From the NCBI RefSeq assembly GCF_030144855.1, contig NC_082707.1, forward strand, positions 163,060,001-163,124,000: a DNA stretch of 64,000 bases, in the 5' to 3' direction. Shown here piece by piece: positions 13,516 to 26,400 of this stretch. Positions within the stretch are counted from its first letter, which is position 1. Every line of letters starts with the position of its first letter. The DNA is from Hypanus sabinus (Eukaryota). The translations under genes and the position numbers were made by a program. The notes beneath the pieces were generated by a model that worked only from the letters and a program-made list of their open reading frames with translations, made no database searches and was not told the origin of the DNA.

Positions 13516-14544
13516 CAAACCAAAGTTTAAACCCTCCTTTTGTAGGGTCCCTATCCAAAAGTGAATACATAAAAATTGTGGTCTCCCATTTATTCCCCAA
13601 GTTACATATAACAAAGCAATTTGGAAGTCTTTAAAACTTCACCTGCATTGTAATTTTTAAAGTAGTATCTTTGCTATAAGGTTTAAAAATGCTTTCATTT
13701 TGCAAGGTGGAAAGTGACAATGTAATAAAAAAGACATTTAGTTTGCTGGAACTGGGTATCTGGATGGCATGGAGGGGAGTTCAGGAGTGCGAGGGCAATT
13801 AATCTGGGTTGGGGGGGAGCTGGAGTGTGTGGGTGGAGGACATGGAGAGCACCGAGGGAGTGGCAACATGGGTGAGGGCAGAGGTGGAGGCACAACAAGA
13901 TGGGGGGTAAGAGGTCATGAAGGACGAAGGGAACCTTCATGGAAACCATAACCTCACCAGGATCCTGTCGTTCGGAGCCCTGTTGGTTGCTGTCCATGAA
14001 GTAGTGATGCACTTGGGTCTGGTTTAAATGAGAAGTGCTGTTATTAGAATCAGTCAGTCATGAATATTTAGGATCGGTGACAGTGGGAAGATGAAGCAGT
14101 GGGCTGGCTGCAGACAAGTAGTTTCTTTCAGTGCTCACTGTGACTAAGAGGCAGCAGTCAACAACAGATTGCATCCTTGTTCCACAGTCCTGTTAAAGTT
14201 TTGCTGTTAGGCATTAAATGCCCCCAGAACAGGACGCTGAGGCAAGCAGATCTAAATTGCTGAATGAAATCCCCATGTTGCCTCTGTGAGATTTGATAGG
14301 TATCCATATAAGGTGTAGAAGTGTGGCTTAAATAAATTTTGTCTTTATATAACTGTGAAATAGAATAATAGTAATCATACAGTGGTTTATTTTATTCAAA
14401 ACTTTCATTGTAGAGTATTTATAGAATGGATCAATGCACTGTCTGCACAAAATATTTTGTTGTTTCAATGAGGAAACAATCTGTTGGTTAAATCCTCTTG
14501 TTCGATATTTTTTGTCCTAAGTTTTCATGTTGTTTGCAATGATG

Positions 14545-14887
14545 TTCCTTCCCAGAGGACCACAACCTTGTCTTAGGGTTTGGAGGTTTGCCTGCCTCAA
14601 TGACCTGGAGAGCTATGTTGGCTGGAATCAGGGCTTTCTGATTTGGTTCTTGGTAGGGTCATCCATGCCAAACAGGTCAAAGGGTAGAGGCCAGACTAAG
14701 AATTGTCCACGCACCCCCTCCAGGTTTGGGGGCTCAGCTCAGGGCTAAAAGCCCTGACTGGTCAAAAAATATTGCAATGGAAACAGCTGTGAGGAATCCT
14801 TCTATATCTTTGTGCAAGGGTATGGACAGACAGATGGAGGACCCTCATTGCTGCCCTAAACACCCGCAGCTTAACGGGTGGTAAGTA
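14545..14887 (+). mobile_element. bipartite non-autonomous RTE (Expander/Rex3-like) element
   Basis: 5' part resembles RTE 5' UTRs (CCTTGTC...CAATGAC...GAGCTATGTTG...GGTAGGGTCA.CCATG.CAAACAGGTC), fused to an RTE-like 3' end (TGGAGGACCCTCATTGCTGCCCTAAAC...GTAAGTA); no ORF. Confidence 0.65.
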
Positions 14888-14899
14888 TATAATATTCAA

Positions 14900-16680
14900 T
14901 GATAAATAAGAGAAAATCTGCAGATGCTGGAAATCCAAGCAACACAAACAAAATGCTGGAGGAACTCAGCAGATCAGACAGCATTTATGAAAAAGAATAA
15001 ACAGTTGACATTTTGAGTTGAAACCCTTCATCAGGACTGGAAAGGAAAGGGCAAGACACCAGAATAAAAAGTTGGGGGAGGGCAGATGGAGTGGAGGCAC
15101 TTAACAAAATTGTCCCCCAATTTATGATGGGTCTCACCAATGTAGAGGAGGCTGCATTGAGAGCACCAGATACAATAGACGACTCCAGCAGATTCGCAGG
15201 TGATATGTTGTCTCACCTGGAAGAACTGTTTGGGACTCTAAATGGAAGTGACAGAAGAGATGAATGGACAGGCATATCATTTCTGTGGCTTACGGGGATA
15301 TGTGCCAGGAGGGAGGTTAGTGGGGAGGGATCAGTGGGCAAGGGAATCATAGAGGGAGTAATCCCTGTGGTAAATGGAGAATTGAGGGGAAGTAAGGATG
15401 TGTTTGGTGGTATAGCCCATCCGAAGATGGTGGAGGTTACACAGAATAATGTGTTGGATGCGGAGCCTATCCCTGTTGAATTGATGGGAAGATGGGGTGA
15501 GCGCAGATGTCTGGGAAACAGAGGAGATGCGGGTGAGGGCAGCATCAATGGTGGAAGAAGGAAAACACCATTTTTTGGAGAAGGATGATATCTCTGATGT
15601 CCTGGAAAGGAAAGCCTCATCCTGGAAACAGATGAGGAAGAGAAGAAGGAACTGAGAAAAGGGATAGCATTTTTACATGAGACAATGTTTGAATAGATAT
15701 AATCAAGAAAGCAATGGGAACTGGCAAGTTTATAAAAGATGTCAAAAGACAGTTTTTCTCCAGAAATGGAGACAGAGAGGAAGTGTCAAAAATGGACCAA
15801 GTGAATTTAAGGGCAGGATGGAAGTTGATGAAAATGATGAGCCCAGCATGAATGCAGTCATCAATGTAGCCAGGGAAGGACTGAAACATGGACTGATCCA
15901 CAGAGCCAATGAAAAGGCTGACATAGGTGGGGCCAATGGCTCCACCCTCCAGTTTGAAGGAAGTGGGAGGAGTCATAGGAGAGATTGAGAATCAGTTTTT
16001 CCAGATGGAGGACGGGAACTGGTTGGGTCCTTTGTCGAGAAAGAGGCGGAGAGCTTTAATGCCTTCTTGATGGGGTATAGAAGTGTATAAGTACTGGATA
16101 TCCATGGTGAAAATGAAGTAGTCAGAGTCATGGAATTGAAAGTTGGTGAGGAGATCCAGATCATGTGAAGTGTCATGGATGTAGGTGGGAAGGGACTGGA
16201 TAAAGGGGGATAGTCTGCATTTTCTATTCCTGTTAGACTGGAAATACTAAAATAGATATCAAATTGATCTATATATATACAGCTATGCCTTTCTTTTGAC
16301 TTTTATGTGAAGGCATATTGGATCAATAGATGTGGAAGAGAAGAAGTACTGAGAAAAGGGATAGCATTTTTACATGAGGCAATGTATAATCAAGATAGCA
16401 ATGGGAATTGGCAAGTTTATAAAAGATGTCAAAAGACAGTTTTTCTCCAGAAATGGAGACAAAGTGTCAGAAATGGACTAAGTGAATTTAAGGGCAAGAT
16501 GGAAGTTGATGAAATTGATGAGCCCAGCACTGATAAAGGAACCTGATGAAGGGTGTCAGCCCGAAAAGTTGACTGTTTACTTTTTTTCCACAGATGCTGC
16601 CTGGCCTGCTGAGTTCCTCCAGCATCTTGTGTGTGTTGCTTGGATTTCCAGCAGCTGCAAATTTTCTCGTTTTTACTCAC
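14900..16680 (-). mobile_element. rearranged Penelope-like element with RT and GIY-YIG remnants, internal duplication and inverted terminal arm
   Basis: ORF 15031-15216 (VVYCIWCSQCSLLYIGET) and 15617-15976 (YIDD, FHPALKFTW); 15628-15848 repeated at 16327-16528; inverted terminal at 16542-16675. Confidence 0.85.
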
Positions 16681-16974
16681 TGATAAGTAGTTTATAAGAA
16701 CACATTACTTCAAAAATCACCCTCGAAACCTTCCATGCATTGGCCTGGTACCAGAAATGATGTTGGCAGGAAAGATTCAAATGGAATCAGAGATAAAGTC
16801 AACATCTTAACGCAGCAAAATTTTGCAGATATTGTATAATTTAAAAACTCATTGACAGACAAGATTACAATGCTGCAATAAGATGGATAGGTAACACCTT
16901 CCTGTTAGCATGCTGCACGAGTGACACCATTAACAGGCTTAGTTTATGTTAGGAAACAATAAACTGCTGTCATC

Positions 16975-17530
16975 TCTAACAAAAACAGAAATGCTGGAAG
17001 AACTTCGCCAGTCAAGCAGCCGTTTTGCAAAGAGGAATCAGTTGATGCTTTGTGTCAAGGACCCTTCCTCAGAACTGAGAAAGAGAGAAACCAAATTGGT
17101 CAAAGTAACAGAAAAGGTGAGGAAGGCCAGGGTATGCCAAAGAGAATATCAGTAACAGGAGGAAATGATGAGTTATAGTTAAGTTCTTAATTGTTTGTAA
17201 TGTGCTGCCAACATTGTAAAGTCTGGGTGATGTTGTATAGTCTGGTCTAGTTAGATGACCTCAGCAGGTCAGGCTATGTAAATGCAAATAAAATGAAGAT
17301 GAGAATGACATATACAAGTAGTCAGTCCTGATACACACAAGAAGAAAAAGCAAATGATCTGAAATTGGAGAATTATGTTTAGCAGGCTGCAGCCTACTCA
17401 GATAAAAAAAAAATAGGTGTTCCTCCTTGAGCTTAGTTTGGACCTCATCGTAATTGCACAGGAGGCGATGGATATAGAGAAATTGGAGTGGGAGTGGGAT
17501 AGTGAATTAAAATTGCAGACAACTGGAAGG
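16975..17530 (-). mobile_element. old Penelope-like 3' fragment
   Basis: Degenerate terminal repeat (AATGCTGGAAGAACTT...) and GIY-YIG C-terminal remnant near 17360-17530. Confidence 0.55.
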
Positions 17531-18351
17531 GGCTCTGCACTTAACAAGAAGCAGGATAATATAACAAATTACTGAAAAATAAAAAATGCTGAAGAAGATA
17601 TGTAGAGTGCATATTGTTGATCAAAACAGATTATTTATGGAGAGAAGCTGCAGGAGTTGAAGTGTAATAGAAGAGATTACTTTGAATTATTTAGTACTCT
17701 CCCTCCTTCAGGTTAAAAGCATGGTTTCAGGACAAGCCAGAACACAGTTGTTCGATTCAGCTGGTGAATTCCATCATTAGTATCAGCAGGGTATAAGCTA
17801 AGAGCTACTGAGTATAATACTAATTCAGTCTTTACTGTCAAAGTGTAGGGTAATTTGCTTTGAACAACCAAGCTTACACATGCATGGTTAAAGGGCATAA
17901 ACAGAATCTTGTGTCAGTCAACTGAACTCATTAACCACTTGCAAGAAATTTTATCCTTATATTTAATAGGTTTGCTTTATAGGACTGATAACCATTATTT
18001 AGACCTTAAGACCATAAGATATAGGAGCAGAATTAAGTCATTTGACCTATTGAATCTGCTTCGCCATTTTATCATGGCTGATCCAATTTTCCTCTCAGCC
18101 CCAATCTCCTGCCTTCTCCCCATATCAAGAATCTAACAACCTCTGCCTTAAATATAAAGACTTGGCCTCCACAGGTGCCTGTGACAACAAAATCCACAGA
18201 TTCATCATTCTCTGGCTAAAGAACTTCTTTCTCATCTCCATTCTCAAAGCACACCCCTCTATCCTGAGGCTGTGCCCACTAGTCTTAGATACTCCCACCA
18301 TAGGAAACATCCTCTCCACATCCACTCTATCAAGACCTGTCATCATTCGAT

Positions 18352-21300
18352 GGAAAGAATGTGTGTGAGGCCGGTTTTCTGTGCTCAGTGTCAGATGTGG
18401 GAAGTCCTAGAGACTTCCAGCCTCCCGGATGGCCACATCTGCACCAGGTGCCTTGAGCTGCAGCTCCTTAGGGACCAGGTTAGGGAACTGGAGATGCAGC
18501 TCGATGACCTTCGTCTGGTCAGGAAGAGTGAGGAGGTGACAGAGAGGAGCTATAGGCAGGTAGTCACCCCGGGACCACAGGAGACAGAGAAGTGGGTAAC
18601 AGGCAGGAGAGGGAAGGACAAGAAGCAGGTGTTAGAGAGTACCCCAGTAGCTGTCCCCCTTAATAATAAGCACTCCTGTCTGCGTACTGTTGGGGGGAGA
18701 CAGCCTACCTGGGGAAAGCAACAGTAGCCACGTCTCTGGCACAGAGTCTGTCCCTGTGGCTCAGAAGGGTAGGGAAAAGAAGAGGATGGCAGCAGTGATA
18801 GGGGACACTACAGTTAGGGGTTCAGACAGGCGATTCTGTGAATGCAGGAATGAAACGTGGATGGTAGTTGGCCTCCCAGGTGCCAGGGTCCAGGATGTTT
18901 CTGATCGAGTCCACGATATCCTGAAGTGGGAAGCAGAACAGCCAGAGGTTGTGGCACATATTGGTACCAACGACATAGGTAGGAAAAGGGAAGAGGTCCT
19001 GAAAACAGACTACAGTGAGTTAAGAAGGAAGTTGAGAAGCAGGACCTCAAAGGTTGTAATCTTGGGATTACTGCCTGTGCCATGCGACAGTGAGTATAGG
19101 AATAGAATGAGGTGGAGGATAAATGCGTGGCTGAGTGATTGGAGCAGGGGGCAGGGATTCAGATTTCTGGATCATTGGGACCTCTTCTGGGGCAGGAGTC
19201 ACCTATACAAAAAGGGTGGGTTGCACTTGAATCCGAGGGGAACCAATATCCTGGCAGGGAGGTTTGCTAAGGTTATTGGGGAGAATTTAAACTAGAATTT
19301 CTGGGGGATGGGAACTTGTAAACATAAACTGGAAACAGATGTTCTCAGGGAAACGTATGGTAGAAATGTTGCAAATGTTCAGGGGATATTTGCGTGCGGT
19401 TCTGTGTAGATATGTTCCAGTGAGACAGGAAAAGGATGATAGGGTACAGGAACCGTGATGTACAAAGGCTGTTGTAAATCTAGTCAAGAAGAAAAGAAGA
19501 ACTTACAGAAGGTTCAAAAAACTAGGTAATGATAGAGATCTAGAAGATTATAAGGCGAGTAGGAAGGAGTTTAAGAATGAAATTAGGAGAGCCAGAAGGG
19601 GCCATGAGAAGGTCTTGGTGGACAGGATTAAGGAAAACGCCAACACATTCAACAAGTATGTGAAAGGCAAGAAGATAAGACATGAGAGAATAGGACCAAT
19701 CAAGTGTGACAGTGGAAAAGTGTGTATGGAACTGGAGTAGATGCCAAAGGTACTTAATGAATACTTTGCTTCAGTATTCACTATGGAAATGGATCTTGGC
19801 AATTGTAGGGATGACTTGCAGTGGACTGAAAAGCTTGACCATGTAGATATTAAGAAAGAGGATGTGCTGGAGCTTTTGAAAAGCATCAAGTTGGATAAGT
19901 TGCCAGGACCAGATGAGATATACCCCAGGCTACTGTGGGAAGCATGGAAGGAAATTGCTGAGCCTCTGGCAATGATCTTTGCATCATCAATGGGGGCGGG
20001 AGAGGTTTCAGAGGATTAGAGGGTTGTGGATGTTGTTCCTTATTCAAGAAAGGGAGTAGAGATAGCCCAGGAAATTATAGACCAGTGAGTCTTACTTCAG
20101 TGGATGGTAAGTTGATGGAGAAGATCTTGAGAGGCAGGATTCATGAACATTTGGAGAGGCATAATATAATTAGGAATAGTCAGCATGGCTTTGTCAAAGG
20201 CAGGTCGTGCCTTACGAGTCTGATTGAATTTTTTGAGGATGTGACTAAACACATTGATGAAGGTAGAGCAGTAGATGTAGTGTATATGGATTTTAGCAAG
20301 GCATTTGATAAGGTACCCCATGCCAGGCTTATTGAGAAAGTAAGGAGGCATGGGATCCAAGGGGACATTGCTTTGTGGATCCAGAACTGGCTTGCTCACA
20401 GAAGGCAAAGAATGGCAGATGGGCCATATTCTGCATGGAGGTCAGTGACCAGCGGTGTGCCTCAGGGATCTGTTCTGGGACCCCTACTCTTTGTGATTTT
20501 TATAAGTGACCTGGATGAGGAAATGGAGGGATGGGTTAGTAAGTTTGCTGATGACACAAAGGTTGGGGGTGTTGTGGATAGTGTGGAGGGCTGTTGGAGG
20601 TTACAGCGGGACATTGATAGGATGCAAAACTGGGCTGAGAAGTGGCAGATAGAGTTCAACCCAGATAAGTGTGAGGTGGTTTATTTTGGTAGGTCAGGTA
20701 TGACGGCAGTAATGGTAAGACTCTTGGCAGTGTGTAGGATCAGAGGGATCTTGGGGTCCAAGTCCACAGGTCACTCAAAGCTGCTGTGCAGGTTGACTCT
20801 GTGGTTAAGAAGGCATACAGTGCATTGGCCTTTATCAATCATGGAATTGAATTTAGGAGCCAAGAGGTAATGTTGCAGCTATATAGGACACTGGTCAGAT
20901 CCCACTTGAAGTACTGTGCTCAGTTCTGGTCACCTCGCTACAGGAAGGATGTGGAAACCATAGAAAAGGGTGCAGAGGAGATTTACAAGGATGTTGCCTG
21001 GATTGGCGAGCATGCCTTATGAGAATAGGTTGAGTGAACTCGGCCTTTTCTCCTTGGAGCAACGGAAGATGAGAGGTGACCTGATAGAAGTGTCTAAGAT
21101 GATGAGAGGCATTGATCGTATGGGTAGTCAGAGGCTTTTTCCCAGGGCTGAAATGGCTAGCATGAGAGGGCATATTTTTAAGGTGCTTGGGAGTAGGTAC
21201 AGGGGAGATGTCAGGGGTAAGCTTTTTACACAGAGTGGTGAGTGGGTGGAATGGGCTGCTGGTGGCGGTGGTGGATGTGGAAACGACAGGGTCTTTTAAG

Positions 21301-21445
21301 AGACCGTTGGATGGATACATGGAGCTTAGAAAAGTAGAGAGTTATGGGTAAGCCTAGGTAGTTCTAAGGTAAGGACATGTTCAGCACAGTTTTGTGGGCT
21401 GAAGGGCCTGTATTGTGCTGTAGGCTTTCTATGTTTCTATGTTTT
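18352..21445 (+). mobile_element. CR1 LINE with ORF1 remnant and RT, endonuclease domain deleted
   Basis: ORF1 at 18359-19295; RT motifs SQHGF, YMDFSKAFDKV, GVPQGSVLGP, KFADD in 20085-20870; (TTCTATGT)n tail; multiple stops and frameshifts. Confidence 0.93.
18359..19295 (+). pseudogene. CR1 ORF1: zinc finger + coiled coil + SGNH esterase (one frameshift near 18690)
   Basis: CAQCQMWE...HICTRC, heptad stretch LQLLRDQVRELEMQLDDLR, SGNH blocks IGDT.VRG, PGAR, HIGTND, GLHLN. Confidence 0.88.
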
Positions 21446-21639
21446 TTCAATAAGTTTCAATTAGGTTACCCATCACTCTTCCGAATTCTAGTGAATACAG
21501 GCCCAGAGCCATCAAACGCTCTTCATATGACAAGCCATTCAATCCTGGAATCATTTTCGGGACCTCCTTTGAACCCTCTCCAGTTTTACCACATTTCTTA
21601 ATCTTGTCCTATGTATCTTGTAAAGATATATAAATTATA

Positions 21640-22408
21640 TTGGTATTTTTATCACTAATTTTTATTGCAACACCAACAAATTACATTCAATACAACCAGT
21701 TACCAATTACGTTTTAATTGTTTAACCCAGCCACCCCCCAACCCTCATCCCCACCCCCCTCTCCCCTCTACCAACTAACTGAATAGTAGTGCATACACAG
21801 ACAGAGCATTCCTTTTTTAACAGAAGATCTTTTAAGTTAGATATCAAATTTGTCCACATTAAGATTGTGTTTGATCATGCATCATTTCCTCTTGCTGATG
21901 ATAATTCCAGGTAAGAAATGTTCAAAAAGCACTGAAGCCAGTGAGTACTTGAAATATCATGAGGAGGTTTCCAATGCTGGACTACAATCTTCTTAGCTGC
22001 AGTCAGGCCTGCCAGCCAGCGTGATTTTTCTGTGAGGGAAAGGTGGGAGTCATCATTTAGAAGATGTGCAGCGGGGTCCATTGCTAATTGTACCCCTGTT
22101 AGTTCTGTAAGAGTATTGATAACCTTCCCCCATAAACGAAAAACCTTTGGACATTCCCATACAACTTGTATAAAAGAGCCAACGGTTCCGTGGGGGCAAA
22201 ATGAACAATATGGGTCAGGAACCAGTCCAACTTGATGTCTAATTCTCGGTGTTAGATATGCTCTTGGGCAAAATTTCAAGAGTATATAACAATGATTTGG
22301 GTTTTTCGAAGCAGCGGCAGCATTATCCCAAATCACATCCCAGTCTAAGTCTTGTCCCAATTCACATATGTATAAATTATATAGATATTTTTCAAGATCC
22401 ACTGACAT
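21640..22408 (-). mobile_element. L1/Tx1-clade LINE 3' end (ORF2 C-terminal zinc knuckle)
   Basis: ORF 21875-22408 with RAYLTP...CSFC...VVWECP...AAKKIVVQHWK; G-rich 3' UTR and AATAAA. Confidence 0.85.
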
Positions 22409-22847
22409 TTAGGATATTTAAAAAGTGATGCATATTTAACTACTAACTCATATAAGTCTCTCTTTGGAACAAGATGGATACAGGAATTTACAGCATGAAC
22501 TTTAGGGACAGTCAATTTCCAGACATACAGTACACCACTGAATTATTGATAATTGATTGCTTCTTTATTGGTATTCCGGTTATCTGCTTTGGCCTGCCAG
22601 TTAAAGCACACAACTGAGTATGATAAACTGTGCTCAATTTGTCCCACCTCCTAACTGACATTTGCATCTGTGTACGCAGTTTATTAACTCTGTGCTTTTC
22701 AAATTCTATAATCTGAAAAAAAATCAACATGCCAATCTAGATGCATTAACAGCCAGTTAGATTAATGCGTTTGGAAATTCTTAAACTTAAAAGTGGCAAA
22801 TGTAAAAAAAATTACAAATTGTAATTTTGCTTTGTTTAAAGTTCATA

Positions 22848-23943
22848 AGTTCAAATTTCAATGTAAATTTATTATCAAAGTGTATATAACCTTGATAATC
22901 ATATTCTTGTGAGCAATCATGGTAAATGGACAACAGAATCAATGAAAGACTGCACCCAACAAGACCGCCAACAATCAATGTGCAAAGATAAACAACAAGC
23001 TGTGCAAATACAAAAAGAAAGAGAAAAAAAGAAATAATAATGATAATAATAACAATAACAATAAACAAAAAAGCAATAAATATTGAGAACATGAGATGAA
23101 GTGTCCTGGAAAGTGAATCCATGGGCTGTGGGAACAGTTTAGTTTAGTGTAGTTTACAAGTGTAGTTTAGTGAAATTATCCCCTTTGGTTCCAAAACCTG
23201 ATGGTTGAGGGGTAATAACTGTTCCTCAACCTGGTGGTGTGGGTCCTGGGGCTCCTGTACCAGCTTCCTGATGGCAGCAGTGAGAAGAGAGCATAGACTG
23301 GATGGTCGGGGTCCGTGATGATGGATGTTACATTCCTGTGACAGTGCTCCATGTAGATGTGCTCACTGGTGGGGAAGGCTTTACCCGTGATGAATTGGGC
23401 CATATCCATTACCTTTTGTAGACTTTTCTGCACCAGAGCGCTGATGTTTCCATACCAGGCCATGATGCAACTAGACAATACACTCTCCACCACACATCTC
23501 ATACATCTATAGAAGTTTGTCAAAATTTTAGATATCATGCCAAATTTTCACAAACCTCTAAGTAAGTAAAGGCACTGCCCTGCATTTTTAAATTGCCCTT
23601 ATGTGTTGGACCCAGGATAGATCCCTTGAAATGATAACACCAAGGAATTTAAATTTACTGACCCTCTCCACCTCTGACTGATTCATGGACTTCCGGTTTC
23701 CTCCGCCTGATGTCAATAATTATCTCCTTGGTCTTGTTGACATTGAGTAAGAAGTTGTTGTTATTGCACCACTCAGCCAGATTTTCAACCTCCCTCCTAT
23801 ATACTGATTGGTCATCACCTCTGATTCAGCCAGTGATGAGAGGTGTCATCAGCAAACATAAATTTGGCATTGGAGCAAGCTCTGCTTAGCCACACAGTCA
23901 TAAGTATAAAGTGAGTGGAGCAGGAGGCTAAGCACACAGCCTT
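22848..23943 (-). mobile_element. Rex/Babar-type LINE 3' ~1.1 kb
   Basis: ORF 23176-23538 (LTNFYRC..VESVLSSCIMAWYG...TTRLRNSYYP) plus the family 3' UTR. Confidence 0.85.
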
Positions 23944-24759
23944 AACAGTCTGACCAAAAACTTTAACCTCACTGAACATCAAAGCAATTTAACACAACAA
24001 TTGACAGCATGTCAAAATTCAAACTACCTCAACACTTCGATTACAGATTTCCCAGTTCTAGAAGTCAATGGCTGTGGCTAAGAATCATCAAGACGACATA
24101 CTGCCCAGGTGTGATGATTTGTACATCACCCTCTTTAAAAATGCAATAATATAAAACAACACAGATAACAATATTTTATTTTAATTACACAAGAGAAAGA
24201 AATGCAGAAAATTGCAATTCACTTTGGCATGTTGGGCAAAAAATCTTGTAAAATACCCTAAGGATTAAGACAAGCAAAATAAACTTTCGTAAGTAAGCCT
24301 TGCAATAAATTATTACCATTTTGGTAGCTCTTATATCTCTAAATCTGACCTTCAAATAAATTAGTTATACTAATAAAACACTTGATATAACTAAAGGCAT
24401 CAAGATGACTAGCAGGAATCTACTTTTTCTGCAAAAAGAAAGAGATTCTTTTGTAACCTTATCTTCAGATCATGAAGTATACCAGCTAAAAATATATGTA
24501 TTAGGTTTCCATAGACTACGTTCACAGAAAAATATTAAGGAAAGCTTATCTGACATATTCATAAAATATAAAGCGGGGGATGGGCGATTAAAAAATAATG
24601 GAAGTTTAAAGCAGATCAGCATGCTATGTGCTGAGAAAGGACAATTACAAAATAGACTAGAGAAATTAAAATTGAACCACTTCAAAAAGGTATAGAAAAA
24701 ATAAGTGGGAGGCAAACACACACACATTTATGTGTGCATGTGTGCAAAAGGCGAAAATT

Positions 24760-25985
24760 GCAGGAGATAGTACCAAAGCAGTCACTGATGTTGCGGCTGA
24801 AGTCAGGAAGTTGTGCCAAATCTACCTTCACTACTTTTCCTTTCACCTGACCTCTTGTAAGGACACCTCTCCCCCAGGTTCTCTCTCTCTCTCTCTCCAC
24901 AAGATCTGCACTCAATATGAGACTTTCTGTTGCAGGACAACTGAAAGGTGTTCCTTTATCTGGAAAAACTGATTCTTCTCTACTGTGGTTGATGGAGACC
25001 TTACCCAAATTTCCACCATTTCCCACCTCTCCGCAGGCAGGATAGAATTTCCTTGGTCTTTACTTTTCATCCTATCACCCTCTACCTCCAACAGAACATC
25101 CTTGTCATTTGGAAGAGAATATAAAAGCAGGATTTACTGCTGAGATTTTGAAAGACGTTGGTCAGACCCCTGTTGGAATATTGTTCACAATTTTGGGCCA
25201 CATATCTGAGGAAGAAATGCTGACACTGGTGAGGATCCAGAGGAGATCACAAGAATGATCCTAGGAATGAAAGACTTAATGTATGAGGAGCATCTGATAT
25301 CTCATGCCCTGTAAATGATGGAGTTCAGAAGGATGTGGGGGATCTCATTCAAACCCACTGGATACTGAAAGGTCTGGATCAAGTGGACGTGGAGAGGATA
25401 CTTCCATTAGTAAGACAGTCTAGGATCTGAGAGCACAAATGTCAGAATAAAGGAATGTCTCCTTAAAACTGAGATGAGGAGAAATTTCTACAAGTAAAGG
25501 ACAGTGAATCTGTGGAAACCATTGCTACTGAAGGCTTTGTAGGCTAAGTTACTGGTGGTGTTTAAGGCAGAAATTGATACATTTTTGAATGCTAAGGGGA
25601 AAAACAGGAGAATGAAAAAAATCAGCCATGATTGAATGGCAGAGAAAACTTGATAGGCTGAATGGCTTAGTTCTATACCTATTTCTTATGGTGTTATTTC
25701 CGTTCGGTGTAATTAGATCCAACCACCAGTGACACCTTCCCCTCCCCTGCAGGGAGCAATCTCACTGTGACCCCATAGTTTAACATCCCTACCCACCCTC
25801 ACCTCACTGATCCTGAGTACTTTCTTCAGCAAGGATTGGAAGTGTGGCATTTGTCCTCACCACCACCCATGGACCTAAACAACACTTTCAGTGCACCTTC
25901 TCCAAGCTTGTCTGCTGTATTTGGTGCTTGTAATGTGGCCTCCTCTTTATTGGCAAGACCAAGCACTGGTTAGGCAAATTCTGGA
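24760..25985 (+). mobile_element. old Penelope fragment interrupted by a CR1 3' fragment (25105-25695)
   Basis: Penelope-like RT/linker sequence on both sides; central block matches the CR1 3' end and finishes with TTCTTATGGT. Confidence 0.6.
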
Positions 25986-26189
25986 TTCTGGCAGTCTGCA
26001 CCCTGTAATGAGTTGATCTGCATGAATAGCATACAAGACAAGCCTTTCATGGTACTTTAGTACATGTGACAATAATAAACCAATCCCAAAATAAAGGGAA
26101 GTTATTAAAATTGGTCAGAATTGCCTTTAGCCAGGTGTGCACTGAATTCCATGTCACTCCTGACTTACTTTGCAATAGGGGGTGTGGAC

Positions 26190-26400
26190 TTTTCCTTAAC
26201 ATTGTGGAAAGTTGCCCAGGTTCCTCTTCTGTAGAAATCTGGAAAAATCCATCAAGAAACCCGTCAACTAACAGTGCTCCTAAGTAGAACTCATTCACAG
26301 ATATCTTGCTCACTGATGCTCAGTTTGAATTTGCTGAATCGCACTATGACCTTGGTCCAAACATGGACAAAAGTGATTAGTTCCAAAGTGTTTGCTCTTG
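26190..26400 (+). mobile_element. very old CR1-group RT remnant
   Basis: TGGAAAGTTGCCCAGG (WKVAQV), CTCACTGATGCTCAGTTTG (LTDAQF), TTGGTCCAAACATGGACAAAA (LVQTWTK) in the expected order. Confidence 0.6.

Larger units (their letters stand above)
18005..21595 (-). mobile_element. CR1 3' fragment (18005-18351 + 21446-21595) interrupted by a younger CR1
   Basis: ORF 18125-18346 (GLDRVDVERMFPMVG..GHSLRI); sequence resumes colinearly after 21446; TTCGAT/TTCAAT on either side of the insert. Confidence 0.85.

Noticed and set aside
24405-24695. 96-aa plus-strand ORF ending KLKLNHFKKV
   Set aside because: AT-rich, no convincing splice context and no recognisable domain.
26047-26313. Minus-strand ORF segment LDGFFQISTEEEPG resembling human CLBA1 (IDHFLEISSEEKPG as recalled), the head-to-head neighbour of AHNAK2 in human
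   Set aside because: The plus strand here is an old LINE RT remnant (WKVAQV, LTDAQF, LVQTWTK), there is an in-frame stop just upstream, and no other CLBA1 motifs were found; the match is most likely coincidental.
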